Positions 25,614 to 40,352 of a stretch of 64,000 bases of DNA are shown one piece after another. Made by a program: the position numbers and the translations under genes. The notes below the pieces were generated by a model, which did no database searches, was not told the origin of the DNA, and was given only the letters and a program-made list of their open reading frames with translations. The stretch is from Octopus sinensis (taxonomy: Eukaryota), in contig NC_042997.1 of NCBI RefSeq assembly GCF_006345805.1, positions 1,984,001-2,048,000 of the forward strand, read 5' to 3'. The stretch's first letter is position 1. The number at the start of each line of letters is the position of its first letter.

Positions 25614-27143
25614 TTCCAGTTTAAGCTTTCTATAACTCTTCGGCTGTGTATGCATTCAAAAGCAATTCCTGGTGTTTTGTACGCATCTTTCTATACGTCG
25701 GTTTTTCTCTAAATTATTCTGCTCTGTAATTTATAGATGATATTGCCCTGTTTGCAGAAAATACTCGTATTCAGTTTCGATTTCGAACTCTAAATAATAA
25801 ATAGTTTCACAGAGATTGTCGGCCAAAATGCACTGTGGCAGTTGTATATCTTATTCGCTTTTTACTTTATGTACTTGAGTGTCGCTGGGGTCAATACAAT
25901 TAGTGGTCTATTTGTAGAGGTTAAACACCCATTGATGTCAATCTTTAGTTAAGTGCGAAATTTGTTGCTTCCCTTATATATGAACATGACTTTGTAGTAT
26001 TATTTTCTTTGCATGGACTCATGGACTGGAGTTATATGTTGAACCGAAATGTCAATAAGCTTCTCATCAAGCGCGGTAATGATTCTCCTAGCTTGCCACC
26101 TTACCATGGTATGTTATACTGCCTGACTAACACTTTGACACCGTATATTGTATTTGATACTTGTTGGAATGAATTGCAAAATCTTGCAGTTGAAGCAAAG
26201 CAGGAGTTGATTTGAAAATTTAGCTGTTGGTTAACTTTAGAAGAAACGTAATATTAAAAACTCTATGTTCAGCTAAGAGTCTTTGTCCATGAAATGCTCA
26301 ATACTGATTTTGTGTATTTATTTTATTGACATTGTAATCTTTTTCACACAGTTATAAAATTATACGAAGATAATAATGAACATTAGAAGTAGTTATAAGC
26401 AATATCATAATATTTAGTTATCATTCGCTATTACAATTGATGCGTTTCTTGCTACAGGGAAAACCAAATTTACGCGAACCAACGTTTTACAGTTAACTAA
26501 GAAATATTGACAAAACTTCATTCAGTTTATTCTATACTGCGATAAAATTCAAAAGTTACTTGTGGAGATAAAAATCACTCGACATCAATTTATATATTTA
26601 TTTACTTATCTATCAGTTAGCCTCTTTTATATACTAGTTCTTGACATGTCATTCGCATTCTTACAACATACATGAAGTGTTAGGAAATAGAGATGGGCTG
26701 GAAACATAGGGAAATGCACTTAACATACTACATATGATCTTAAGACAAATTTCAGGAAGTTAAACCACTCAAGTTAGCTGACAGCGGAGAAAGCAGATTT
26801 AATGGAATAATGTAAACTTCATTGGCTGGTTAGAATTCGGATGAAAAGAAAGGTGAGTTTTATTTGCTTTATATTCACTCTATATTGCAGACGACAATAG
26901 AATTACTTGGTGAGAAACCTTGCACTTAGTTTACATTATATTCCAGATAAACCATTATTTAGTCAAATCTTTGAATATCTGGATATTATAACATTGTTTC
27001 CCAACATATTATATTACACATAGAATGTACACTCCTCGTTGAAACAATATATATCGCACAGTCAGCTATAGCATGCACACACGCACAAACACACATATAG
27101 ATAGATGTGTATGAGTGTGTATAAACGCATTTATGTGTGTTTA

Positions 27144-27191
<48 letters not shown>

Positions 27192-30100
27192 GATATATAT
27201 ATATGTATATATATTCATGTACAATTGGACATGTGCACACTTTTATATACACACTTGCGCACGCGCATCGCATACACACACGCTCTCTCTCTATCTCTCT
27301 CTTTCTCTCACTCTTTCTCTGTCTCTCTCTATATATTATGAACATCTATATCCATTTATGAATGTGTGCAAGATGTATGTCTCTATTGGCTAAGCGTAGG
27401 GGGAATTTCTGTGTATGAGTGTGTGCCCGCCCGAGTGTACGCGATCGAATGTGTGTGCGTGCAAAAGAGTGTGTTAATACACTATAGAAAACTCGAGGAA
27501 ATGTGCGAAGTCTTTGATCTGTTTGTAATGTATTTTTTCCAGTGCATTTAGGCATTTTAATATATATTTATATTTCCACATTTATTTTGTATGGATTTGA
27601 AATTCTAAATTTCCTATTCTCTATTTACTATATTCTTAGCTTTCGTGGTTGCGAAATTATCTTTTCTGTTGTATTATAATCTCTATTTTGATCTTAGAAT
27701 TAAGAATTGTGTGAATCATACGTCATGCTGGATGTATCATTAGCTGACAGCTAAGAATATGACAGCTTTCAGAAATTAGGATATGTAACAATGTTTTGAC
27801 ATATGTGGAAAGGAAATACTCACATGCTTTATTTTTTTTAGTTTCGTAGGGAAAGTAAAGAATTACGCCCGAATATACTTGACATGGATATAAGTTTGAA
27901 CCTAATGTGTTGTAATTTTTTAGAACACGAATGATGTTGACAGACATTATATTGAACTATAATTCTCCACGGAGCCGAATGTAATTCTTCCTTTTGTTTC
28001 AAATAGGAAATTGTTACTGGAGAAGCGTTCGCAATATTTAGAATCAATATTTTTTTCCCATGAACAAAGAAATATACATATATCACCGTACATAGGATAC
28101 AACCTTTAGTTAAATTGCATGTATCTGGCGCGTAAGTAAGCGTGAATATTCCACGGATTTGCATGTATGCGCATGCGTTTATTGATAGGTGATATACAAA
28201 AAACTTAGTTCAATTTTAAAAAAACATACACTTTTCTCTATCCGCCACCTCCATCACCACCACTACCACCATCATCATATCTCTGTCTCCCACTCTCTTT
28301 CCCTCTTCTCCCTTCTCCTCTCTCTGCGCCTTTCTGTGACCACACCATCAGAACTTCACCCCTCTGCTAATATTACATTTGTTAACTTCCTCCTCTATAT
28401 TACTAACTTCAACTAACATTTTGAAACACATAATAAATATTACGTTGACCCTACCTCATGTCATGGACGTTTTCTCTACTTTTTTTCTCCAAGTTTTTTT
28501 CTATCTCCCTCTTTGTATCTCACTCTTCACATTATCTTTCTTTTCTTTTCTCTCAGCTTATTTCTCTTTCCCTTCAAACCACCTCATGACATGGACGCTT
28601 CTCTCTCCTTCGTTTTCCCTTTCCTCCCCCCGTCTTTTCTCTGTCTGTCATCTTTCTCTCTCATTTCGTTCTCCCTCTGTAATTACATGAAAGCACTATG
28701 GACGGGCTAAGTAACGAAATGACAAGCAACGATAAAAAACTGAAAAAAGAAATTATAAATATAGAAGAAAAGGAAGAAAAAATTATTCAGATATTTATAA
28801 AATAAAAATAAAAAGTAGAGTAAAGTATACATTGTTGACATTGGATAGATGTCATTAGCATTTGAATAGGATAAAAGCTTAACTTACATATATTGAATTA
28901 AAAAAAAATAGGGATTAGTATTGTTAATGCTTGTCATTATTCAATCAGGTATGTATACACCGGTGTGAGAAGTTAGATTTGTTTGGAAATTAAAAGATAG
29001 ATTTGTGTTGAAAGTCTGTGTCTTACCCTCAGTACTAGCTTTGAAATATAATGTGTTTGTGGGCGAATATATACACCCGTATGTTCAGATAGAAATTTTA
29101 TGTAACACTTAGCAAGTTGATAAACATACAATTCACTGTATATACGTACACACATACATATGTACTTTTATCTTTATATATGTACACGCTACACACATAC
29201 ACACACTATCATCCCATTCACATATACGCACATATAGAGAGAAGCAGATGCATACAATGTATAACCATATACATATATGTTTGTATGATAATTATGCGTT
29301 AAAAGTATTAAGTTTGAATGCTATTTTATGCTACGGAATATATCTATAAAATTCATCCAAAACTGTGTAAAAACAGTGTAGAATACAAGAACTAGAACAG
29401 TATATAACACTAACTACTTATTCGCAATATGTGTCTCGATAGAAAATGTGGTATTTGCTGGAACAGATTTGATATAGTATCAGGGTTCTTTCAGTAATTT
29501 TGCATTATCGGGGCATTGATCTTTAAGTCACACATGTTTAGAGCCTATGCATATGGCACAGATTGATTTATATGTATTTTTGTAACTTATTCAATTGGAA
29601 AATTACTGAAGTGTTAAGAGTATATTGTTTTAATAACCTAATAGATAAACGCTCACAGATTTCGGATAACACTCGATGTTATAGACAGCCGCAATTTTCC
29701 TCAATCTTATATCGATGGATTATCAAAAAAGGTTTTTCCAAATCGTTCTTGTGCGTTTGGGTCTTCATAAAATATTGAAATGTATGTACTTATTAAATAA
29801 GAAAAGAAGCTGGGTTTTTCACTCATTGAAACAAATGTTAACGTCAAATGAGACTATTTATTAGCAGCGTTACGTAGGCATATATTCGATATTGTGTAAC
29901 CAACACGGGATATAATATAGTCTCAAAATATTAACAAATATGAAATTCATTACACTTGTCTACTGCTTCTTTATTTCTGTTCAGAAAAAAAAATGTTTAC
30001 AGACACCTTCATATCTAAGATACATTGATATATTGCATATAACACACACTCACATACACACACATAGTATCTCTTTCTATCTCTCTCTCACTCTCTCTCA

Positions 30101-31365
30101 CACACACACACACTCTCTCACACACATATCGTCTCATACACACAATAGGACACATGCACACACACATACGCACGCTCACATTTACTAGATAGTTACTTAG
30201 GGTGTGATGGAATATTTCTCCTGTGCATTTTATAGCATTCTACTTGTTATATTCAAGCGAGTAACTCCGTCAATTATAACTCGAATATTGCAGCAAAATG
30301 TGAAAAATTACATCACTAACGTTCTTCGCTTTAAATATATTTCTCTTTTAGAAACAGAACTGTCTGTTTCATACAAAGACAATGTTACACAGAGACCTGT
30401 TATACGGATAGATATTGTAATGGTTTCATTGATATCTAGCTGCCATTTCAGTGCGGATTATAGAAAATGGATTCCTTTTGAAGATATAAACAGCAAAAAT
30501 GCATTGCAATGTAAACAGTTTCCTGTTCTGTATTTAAAGAAAAAACTTTCTAGTTGCGATTAGTTCTAGATGTTACTGAATTGTTGTTACTGTGGCACCT
30601 CTCAAATTATTGACAATTCTTGACATATTATCTATCTACCATATATCAGGTAATGAAATGCAGGTAGGTTTAATAGTTGTCAAGTTAACAAAGACGTCGA
30701 GTTTCTTCGAAGTGCTTTGCATTATTTAAACTGCATAGATTTGTAGTCTATATATGTCCGAGCATTTTTGGATGAAGTACAGTGAACAAACAAAAAGCTG
30801 TGATATTTCCTATCGTTTACTTTTTACTATGACAATTCCATATATATATGTAGATATGGAGTGGCTGTGTGAGAAGTAGCTTGCTTACCAACCACCATAT
30901 ATATATTTGTCCCCCCGAACGTCGCTTAAATTCTCTGATTTTGATATTATGTCTTTGAAAGTTGTCGCTTTCCTTTCAATATTTTAAATACATGAATTTG
31001 ACCATAGTAAATATAATTTTAGATGTATGTAGAATAGTTTTCTTTCAATCTCTGCTGGATTTCCACAATACTCTGGCAATATGTGATATATATTAATTGG
31101 AAACTAAAAGAAATGCATGGGAAATAAAATAAACGTGTGAGTTTTATTTCGAATACTAGTAGAATATTGATCTGGAAGATACATTTATAAATCTTAGATA
31201 CACGTTTTCTAACTAGTAACATGGTAATCAGGATTCAGTGTTTCGATATCATTCCATAATTTGGTTTTTATTTTATGTTAAGCAATGAAATATAGAAAGG
31301 GTTTAGTACAGCTTATTAAATGGACATATTTCAAAAGCATGACAATGAAAAAAAGTATATAAGCG

Positions 31366-31510
31366 CAGCCCTGGCTGATTTTCAGCCACAGGGCTGTAGG
31401 TTAAATCCCTGCATGGTAATTCGGAATACTGTCTTCTAATCTAGACTCGGGCCGAATACAGTTCTTCAATGTATTTGGTTGACGAAAACTGGAAGAAGTG
31501 CGTTGTATAT
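31366..31510 (+). mobile_element. Degenerate SINE 5' half (17671 family); a head fragment also lies at 30856-30896
   Basis: CTCGGGCCGAA...TATTTGGTTGACGAAAACTGGAAGAAG matches 57866-57925. Confidence 0.6.
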
Positions 31511-31519
31511 CTAATCTAT

Positions 31520-31710
<191 letters not shown>

Positions 31711-31769
31711 TTATGATAGATCGTTAGCTCCTACACGTATTTTTTCTCTCCTAGTTTTTTTTCTGTGTA

Positions 31770-31808
31770 TCTTTCTGTCGAAGAGCGTAGGCTCGAAACG
31801 TAAAAGAC
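31770..31808 (+). ncRNA. Minimal hammerhead-like motif in a probable solo PLE terminal-repeat fragment (about 31745-31900)
   Basis: UCUUU / CUGUCGA-A / GAGC-GUAG-GCUC / GAA / ACGU / A / AAAGA. Confidence 0.6.
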
Positions 31809-31903
31809 TTTTTCTATTTCTATTCCTGAGCGCTATACTAATACATGAGTTTGTTTGTACTCCACCTGCCTTCGTATTTTCTTTATTTACATAAACGTTC
31901 CCG

Positions 31904-31937
<34 letters not shown>

Positions 31938-32939
31938 TGGTAATGTATAGTGAGTACAATGTGTTAGTGTAACTGCGTGTACGTTATTACAATAGTTCAC
32001 ATACAGATGAAGAATAAATTCAAAAACTATATGTTTACTACATATTTACAAAATGTAGAATCTAGGTGAATGAAGCAATCTATGCAAGAAAGTTCGGAGA
32101 TAGAAAATATAGAAATAACTGCTAAGTGGTAGTTTTCAGTTATGTGGTGTAGAGAAATAGACGGACATAGCAATGGTGTGAATGGCTTTCAGTCTAATCG
32201 ACTAAAAAGCGAAGAGGTGGGTTAGCAATCTGATTTTTTTAATGGAACGTTAGACATTCTAGAAAGTTCCATGAGAAACGCTTAGCTTCTTGAATAATTA
32301 AGAATCACGTCTCATGACACAGATGCTTCGAAAAACTTAGAAATGGAGGTTACTCTATAACCTTTCTTGTAAGGGAGATCATTCAAGTATGTAGCGTGAC
32401 TGAGGCAGAGGGCAACTTTCTATTTCTAACATGACCATCCAGGTGTCTAATAGAGGTATGTTGTGTCTTACAAGTGCGTGTTGAGCATGAGAAAGCAACC
32501 CAAAAGTATGGTATATGGTGCATGTGTATAACTGGGTGAAGGCATGCAAGCATGTGTGCAAACATTAGACAGAATACTCATAAAACAATATGTACGTGAA
32601 TAGATGTCCTGAAAACTTAAAAATTAAGTCATATACAAAACCATGATGCAAATGCAAAGAAAATTGAATAAATACATGAAAGGGCAAGGAACAAAAATCC
32701 CTAACTAGGTGCAAGCTAAAGACAAGTTCCAGATTATGTGCAAGTGTTCAAGTTAGTTCAAGTCATGCAAGTTTTTAGAAAGTCCACAGAAATTGAATCC
32801 AACGATGCGAAAATACGGAAAGTTCATGATATTTATATAGTGCACGCATACTGAGCTGAAAACAATAGTGCGAGGCACTGTCAAAGTACATGCAGGAAAA
32901 TCCTTCTGAAAAAAGTTTAGTACGCCGAGAAATTATGCC

Positions 32940-33420
32940 TCACAGCTTCATATAAGAAGAAAATGACATTATGACAAAAGCTGTAACGCTGTAAGAAAGT
33001 AATGGACTTACAGCGGCAAAAGTTGAGCTAGTGCGAAAATAATCATGGGAAGCTGGACGTGCAGTGGTAAAAACGGTGTAAGACATACACTGAAGGAAGC
33101 AGGATTTTGCAATGAGCTGGTTACTGTACTTGAGACGGAAAAGGATGTTGAAATATCAAGAAATCTGGCATTTGAAACTTTCATATATAAACTGGTTGAA
33201 ATACATTTCAGTGGCGTTGCTGACGGAGAAAAATTAGCCTGGTGGTATCGTGAAGGATGAAATGCTGTTTATTCAAAATGTCGATGGCCGAACATTTGTC
33301 AAGTTGTCGTGAAATGGATACGATGTTGTGTGAAGATTGGCAAATAGTGATCCCAAACCTGGCGATAGTGAATAACAATCAGGACAGGGCACCGAGTTTA
33401 AAAGTAAGGTACGGAACTAT
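32940..33420 (+). mobile_element. Possible heavily decayed Tc1-like transposase
   Basis: Fragments LTAAKVEL, VRHTLKEAGF and DEMLFIQNVDGRTFV resemble the Tc1 HTH and first-Asp regions; many frameshifts. Confidence 0.3.
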
Positions 33421-34639
33421 CGAGAAAGGTTCACTCAAGACGCATGTCAAAGGTTAGAGAAAGACGATGCAAGCTGCCAAAATCTGATCTGGAAATTCTA
33501 ACTTCTTGCAATTTCTGTGGAACGGAGCCGGAGAGATGTGGGGAAGACTGTGGGATAAAAAAAAAATTAGCCGTACGGTTGAAAAAGTTTCCAGTTTCCT
33601 CATTCTCCGGCTGTGAGAAACGGAAATAAATGACTTTTGAAACAGAGTCAAAAATTCACAACATCCGTATTAATCAATGGATATACGGAGAAATTGTAAA
33701 CTTGACGCGAACAGTAGAACAAAAGAACTGAACATGTTACGTGGGTGGATCACAGTGGTAAGATAACTTGTCATGGATGTGGAAAGCAGCGAAAGGAGGA
33801 GGGAAATAACCATACTGTCGATAAACTTGTCTCTTTGTTTTCTGACTGTTCTTTCCTTATTCCTTACTTGCTATTACCGAAATATAACATGCTCATTCCC
33901 TTGGAGCTGAGAAGATCATTAGGATGGCACATTTTTCTGAACGTGTAATTCTTACAGTTGACTGGTAATATTTCAGATTTAAAACTGCTTTTATTATATT
34001 CTTGATCCGTGCATATACAAATTGAAATAAATGTCACGAAGTCATGTTTTTTACCATAATTTGGAGACCATGTGATTTTTGCAAATATTTTGCTCACAGC
34101 AATGTTCATGAGCGGATTTTTCTATCATGTCTTAAGCTATCATTTAATGTATTAAGTCATGAAATTCCTTCCAATGGTCGATCTTGAGTCTATCATGCAT
34201 AATTTACCGATTATAATTTCACAAAATGTAGTCACCAGTCCCAGTAGATTTGCGAATCGGCTTAGTTAAACATATAGCGTAATGTAATGATACGTATACA
34301 TATATCGGATAATTTTAAGCAATGTTATGCAATATAATATGTATGCAAAGCTGATTTTACCCGGAGAGCTGTTACAAAATAAAGTACGGGTATTTTACAG
34401 TAATTTTGTAATTCACGCAAAGCAATATTTCTATCCTTTATGAGATTTAGTTTTCTAGTTTTCTATTACTGAGATTATAGTATAACCAAAAATGAAAGCG
34501 AAATGTTCCTTAATAAATTACATTTTTGTTAATAAATAATAGCTAATTTACAAATACTCCAATACATTTTATAAATACGTTAATTTATTCAATTAAAAGG
34601 AGCTAGTTGTATAAAAGTTCTCAATATATCAACGTAACC

Positions 34640-35300
34640 GACTGCGATGGATCAGGTAAACTTCACAACCGTCAATGTGTATTCGAAAATTTGAGAATAG
34701 CATATCGGTCAGATCTAGAGTTGCGTACAGAATGAATGAATCTTGCTGAACATTTTGGTAAATCTGAATGTGACTAGAATATGTTTGTGACGGGTTTAAT
34801 ATAACATAAGTAGACCAAAAATAAACATGATCATAAAATGTAAGCAAAAAAAAACAAAGAAAAAAGAGAGAAGAACTAATATTGGGAAACAAGAAGGAAG
34901 GTCCTTGATATCTACTTGTCAATCTATCTATATTTATCATTCAAAAATTCAAGAGTGGATCTCTTTTCAAAATTAATGAGGATGTGAACTGCAAAACGCA
35001 AATCCTCATACTCTGCATTACTTGCCCAAACTGCAAAGTAAGTTACATTGGTGAAACAAATAATTCCTTCTGCCAACGTGCAAAAGTCCACAGGCAACAT
35101 ATCCGACAAGAAGAATTACGCAAGATTCCATTAAGTGAGCATCTGGAAATATGAAGTGACGGAAAATTATAATTTTTTCCCTTTTACAAATGTGCACGGG
35201 ACAATCTTCAATGCTGAAAAGCAATAGAAGTACATTTCATCAAAAAAATTCTCTCCAAAATTGAATATTTGGAAGAAGAGCAGAGACGGTACATTTTGTG
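34640..35300 (+). mobile_element. Penelope-like element fragment, family B (GIY-YIG)
   Basis: NCKTQILILCITCPNCKVSYIGETNNSFCQRAKVHRQHIRQEELRKIPLSEHL aligns with TCASENLIYVITCAGCNRQYIGHTKNSLRNRMAVHKSQIR...KIPVSGHI (41330-41490). Confidence 0.8.
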
Positions 35301-36074
35301 TTATACTAATGTTCTCTAACGCAAAATCATGGAACTGAAAGAAGCGTTCCCAACAACACACACAGAAAATTGCACTCACACACTCACGATTCATCAAGGG
35401 AGTGTCCCTAAAATTGAACGTTTGAAGTTAAAGTGGAGAATTTGAATTATTTATTCCAAATGTGGCTCATCTCTACAAATATTCATATATATATATATAT
35501 GTGTGTGTGTGTATGTGTGTGTGTGTGTGTGTGCGTGTGTGTAAGTGCATATATATGTAAGTATGTATATATATATATATATATTCGTTTTATTTTATTT
35601 ATTGATTGATTTTTCAATTTGTTAATTTGCAAATATTATACTAATGTATTCTCATACAGAACTAAACTTTATCAAAACATTCCCTCTATAAATGAACGTT
35701 TGGAAGGTGTATATTCTAAATATAACTCAAAGAGGAGAAATTGAAAGAAAAGAGGAATAAGAAAACAGGAAAGAAAGAAAAAAAGGAAGACAGAAGAAAG
35801 AAATGGAACAATGAAGAGGGAAAGAAAACAAAATGTCTTTCAGTGACAACCAAACCGCCTCTGTTTTTGTTTTGAGAGGTTCACCATCCTTAAACCCATT
35901 CCAATACAATGGTAAAGGACTAGATAAATACATAAATGAATGAATGGGAAGAGGAAGGTGGATATCCTCCTCTCTTTCTTTCCCTCTACGTCTCTCTCTA
36001 TCTGTCTATGTATGCATGTGTGTATGTATGTATGTATGTATGTATGTATGTATGTATGTATGTATGTATGTATG

Positions 36075-36111
<37 letters not shown>

Positions 36112-36444
36112 CTCAGCCTATCTACCTACATATATTTCTATCTATTCATCTCCATTATCATGGATTCTCACCCTAAAAAACAATACCAATTTCTTCTTCT
36201 GAACAACCCCACCCAAAAGACACCTGTTCTATAGAAATGAACAATCTGTTTATAAATTCACATAATTTTATTTCACAAGTTCTAGAAAGGAACGAAAGCG
36301 CTAATAATAATGAAGAAATAAAGGATTTTTTCCAAAGTTCTGACGACTATTTTCTCAATAATCAATTCATTCACATCACACCTAATACTCTATACATAGA
36401 TACATACATATACATACATACACACACACCTCACACACACACAC

Positions 36445-36491
<47 letters not shown>

Positions 36492-36509
36492 TATATATAT
36501 ATATATATG

Positions 36510-36660
36510 CGTCTGATGAGTTCACATTCCGCCGGGGTCCACTTCGCATTTCATCACATTTTGGGGTCGATAAGATACGTGCCACACGAGTACCAGTGTC
36601 AATGTAATCGACTTACCATCTCCACAAACATTACTGGTATTGTGCCAAAATTTGAAATGA
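36510..36660 (+). mobile_element. 5'-truncated SINE (25400 family)
   Basis: GAGTTCACATTCCGCCGGGGTC...TTTTGGGGTCGATAAG...GTAATCGACTTA. Confidence 0.7.
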
Positions 36661-36713
36661 ATATAATATATAATAGTCCTTTCATTGTGTGTGTGTGAAT
36701 ATATATATATATC

Positions 36714-37500
36714 ATAAAAGGTGTGGTGGTTAACTGTCATCTAAATTACGCAAGAATAAAAATAACACAGCCATCGCATTTTAACAAATATATTTACCCC
36801 AAATTACATGAAAATATCTTGAAGTACTAAAGAGTATATGTTTTTAATAAAATGCCATTGATTTCAACCACGGCATCCAGACCACTTCAGAATCGGCCGC
36901 AACTCTTCAGGACGGTCTCCTTGATTAAGTTGTTGAATGCTGCCATAATACTGGCCTTCAGTTCATATTTGGTGTTATAAGGTGCTTTGTTGGTCTCTCG
37001 CTCAAATGCACCCCACACATAATAATCAGGGGGTTCCAGTCTGGGAGTTAGGTGGCCAGATAATAGGGGCTGTGGTTGCAGAAATTGCCTGTGAGCCATG
37101 ATTAGGTACCCTTGCATGTGTAGCTTGGTGCCGAGTTTCCAGACATAGGTTTTCCAGCAGACAGCCTCTTGACCCAGGCAGCACTACCCCCTCCAGGTAC
37201 TTGATGTAGGCCTCCGTGTTGAGTACGAGGCCTTGTTAGAAAATGAATGGAGGCATAACATCACCATCAGTAGTAATCACTCTAAACACCTTGATGTTGA
37301 ATACATGTTTGGTTTTATCACTCATGGTATATATCCTCAATTTGACACCAAAATTCACTAAAATATCCGTACTGCAGCTTCCAGCGCGAGTGACAAGTTG
37401 TGCAGCATATTTTATTTTTTGCAAATTTCTGGCAGAGTGAATTGCATCATGGCGCTGTTTTTCTCATAGACGGTGATTAAGTGACCCTACAATACTGAGT
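36714..37500 (-). mobile_element. Tc1/mariner-superfamily DNA transposon (maT-like), internally deleted
   Basis: N-terminus MMQFTLPEI, then VFRVITTDGDVMPPFIF, RLEPPDYYVWG (SPDLNPLDY-like) and ELKASIMAAFNNL..ETVLKSCGRF; the middle of the transposase is missing. Confidence 0.8.
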
Positions 37501-37587
37501 AGTAGACAAAGTCAAAACAAACAATGCAAATGTGGAAAAACTAAAAATATAAATTTGTGACTGTTTATCTATCGCAGTCTGTAAGTG

Positions 37588-37636
<49 letters not shown>

Positions 37637-37962
37637 TGTGTGCACAACCTTCGGATTGGACAAAATGGATAACCATCCCTCTGGTAAACATCCATTCATG
37701 TTATATTACCTGAAGAAATGAATCCATGAAAATGAGCTACCCGATGCCCGCGGATACTACGGACTATACTGCAATGATCCCAGGAATAGCGAGATAAGAT
37801 CTTAAGTGACGTAAGTGACAGGCAATCGGTTGAAACGCGCGTAGCGATGCTAATTTATAAATATTTATAAATTCATTCCAACGAGTATTGTTATTATACA
37901 CACACACACGCACAAACACACACACACATACATACACGCACACACACACATACACACACACA

Positions 37963-38046
<84 letters not shown>

Positions 38047-40151
38047 CACTGCAATGCTTTTGTTTAGCAGTGCCGATTTACAATTCTGTAAATAATAGTA
38101 ATACTATTTTATAAGCTTAATGCTTATACGCGATCACTGCACAATAACTAAAGAAATTAGTTTAATAATGGGGCATATAAATCCTCGACAGAAAATATAT
38201 TTATATTTATATATATATACCAAAATCAAGCTACAGAAGACTCGATGCAGCTGCTAGGGATTTTATTCATACAGAATTGAAAAGTACTACAATGCACGAA
38301 AATGTTTATGCCAGTTAAAGAAATTCATTTCCGAGACAGTAAAGGGAATCGTGGAAGATACGTTGTGCAGAATAACGCTGAATATCAGATGTGTACGTAA
38401 AATGTATTCGGTTACAATTTACATAATAGGAAATAGAACATACGAATCTATAAATGGCTATATATGAATATCTATGCTTGTTCTTAAGAAAACTGCAAAT
38501 TCTAGTTTTTTTTAATGAGAATGCAAATTGGGATGGCGTGAAATATTTGCCATTCGAGCATCTCTACGTATAGTGTTAATAACTGTCCTTGTTGTAATTG
38601 CAGTCTAATTTATTGAAATATATAGCTTCATAATCAAATGCGCTTGAACTACCGTGACCTATAACATAACTATGGATGTAGAATCTAAGTGTAAGCTAGT
38701 CTCATTTAAAACGTACCTTCACAATACGAAATACATCTATTCTGGACACTTGTAGCTAAGTAAAGATACTGACTCTATGCAATTTCATAGAGATATTTGT
38801 TCACTGTTTTTGGTATTAGAGCAACCTTTAAGACTAAATTTTCATCAGAAGTGGCAAGTGGCTAACAAGTTTTGCAACACTTTAATGTAAGGAACACAAT
38901 TATTGGGCTAGCTTTCATATGAGGGCTGCACGTCAGTTTTTGATTTAAAAAAAAATCACTGGCTCCTTTTCGACGCGCCATGTATATAAGTGATTTGATA
39001 CGAAAATTTTCTTTTCTGAAATATATCCTTGAAGTAGAAAGAGGGATTGTTAAATGTGATTTCAGCTGCTGGTATGGAAATACGGTTAAAGACATTGGAA
39101 ATTAAATTTTAGAGAAGGATACAATAAATACTTGGAAAAACAGTCATTGCACAATAGTCTTTCATTGAGGGTGGGACTTCAAAGACAACTAAGGCTAGTT
39201 GTCTATTTTGTGCCCATCTGAATTTCGGTAAATGAATTTTTATGTAATATAATGACCGCCATAAATGAAAAGTTCCCTTGTGAAAAAATTACAAAAATAT
39301 AATTTGTGTTGATGCATTACGCAGCTCCATAAAATCGTCCATCATATTTTTATCAAGCAGAATATTCCCAAAACCATATTGATATATTATATTAACATAT
39401 ATTCATGAATAGCTCTGTGTGTGTACATACGCATATAAGTATACGTATATCCAAGAATATAGGTAAAAATAAACATATAATTTAAGTTATATGAATAAGT
39501 GATCTGAAATATAATATTAATATGTAGGATGATTTGAGGTTTCTCAGACATTCATTACTAAAAAAAAATGTATGAAGATGTTTTCGTTATTTGTTGATAT
39601 CACAGTTCATATATAACTGCACAGTATTCGTTGTGTTCTTGCAATATATAATGCAATATATGCATAATTGTAACGGCGAAGTTTCGCAAAAAATAATATT
39701 AATTTTTTCATTTTATATTTATTTAAAATATATCAATTGCATAATAACTTATGTATTACTGTGGAGCTGTGAAAACTATTACTGATTAAATTTGCAATGA
39801 TGTCGTATTTTTATCTTACATATTATGAACGCATTATCTCGAAACTCTTTATATTAATGGCTTTTATTATGATATCCAATTAGATTATTATATATTTTAT
39901 TTTATTAGATGACGTAAAATGTTATTTTATTTGCTAAAATATTATTCGGCTTTTATTCTTCTAATGGAAAATTCGTGTTTTCCAGAAGAATACACGCATT
40001 TCCTTATGGTGTATATATGAAACGTTCAGCCTAAAAAGCTAAAACAGACTGACATATTTTACGATAAAAGTATGAAACATCGAGTAATGAGAAATATTCT
40101 CGCAATATACCCACGTGACAAATAATAAATGTGTGTATATACATCCATATA

Positions 40152-40201
<50 letters not shown>

Positions 40202-40287
40202 TTAGTGTGTGTTGGCCATTGATAGAATTCTTTTCGAAAAATGTTATCCTATATTCTATATATGTATATATATATATATATACATAT

Positions 40288-40352
<65 letters not shown>

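Noticed and set aside
36511-36530. CTGATGAG as a hammerhead core
   Set aside because: It is a mutated form of the SINE B-box region (GTTCTGAGTTCAAATTCC); no GAAA partner.
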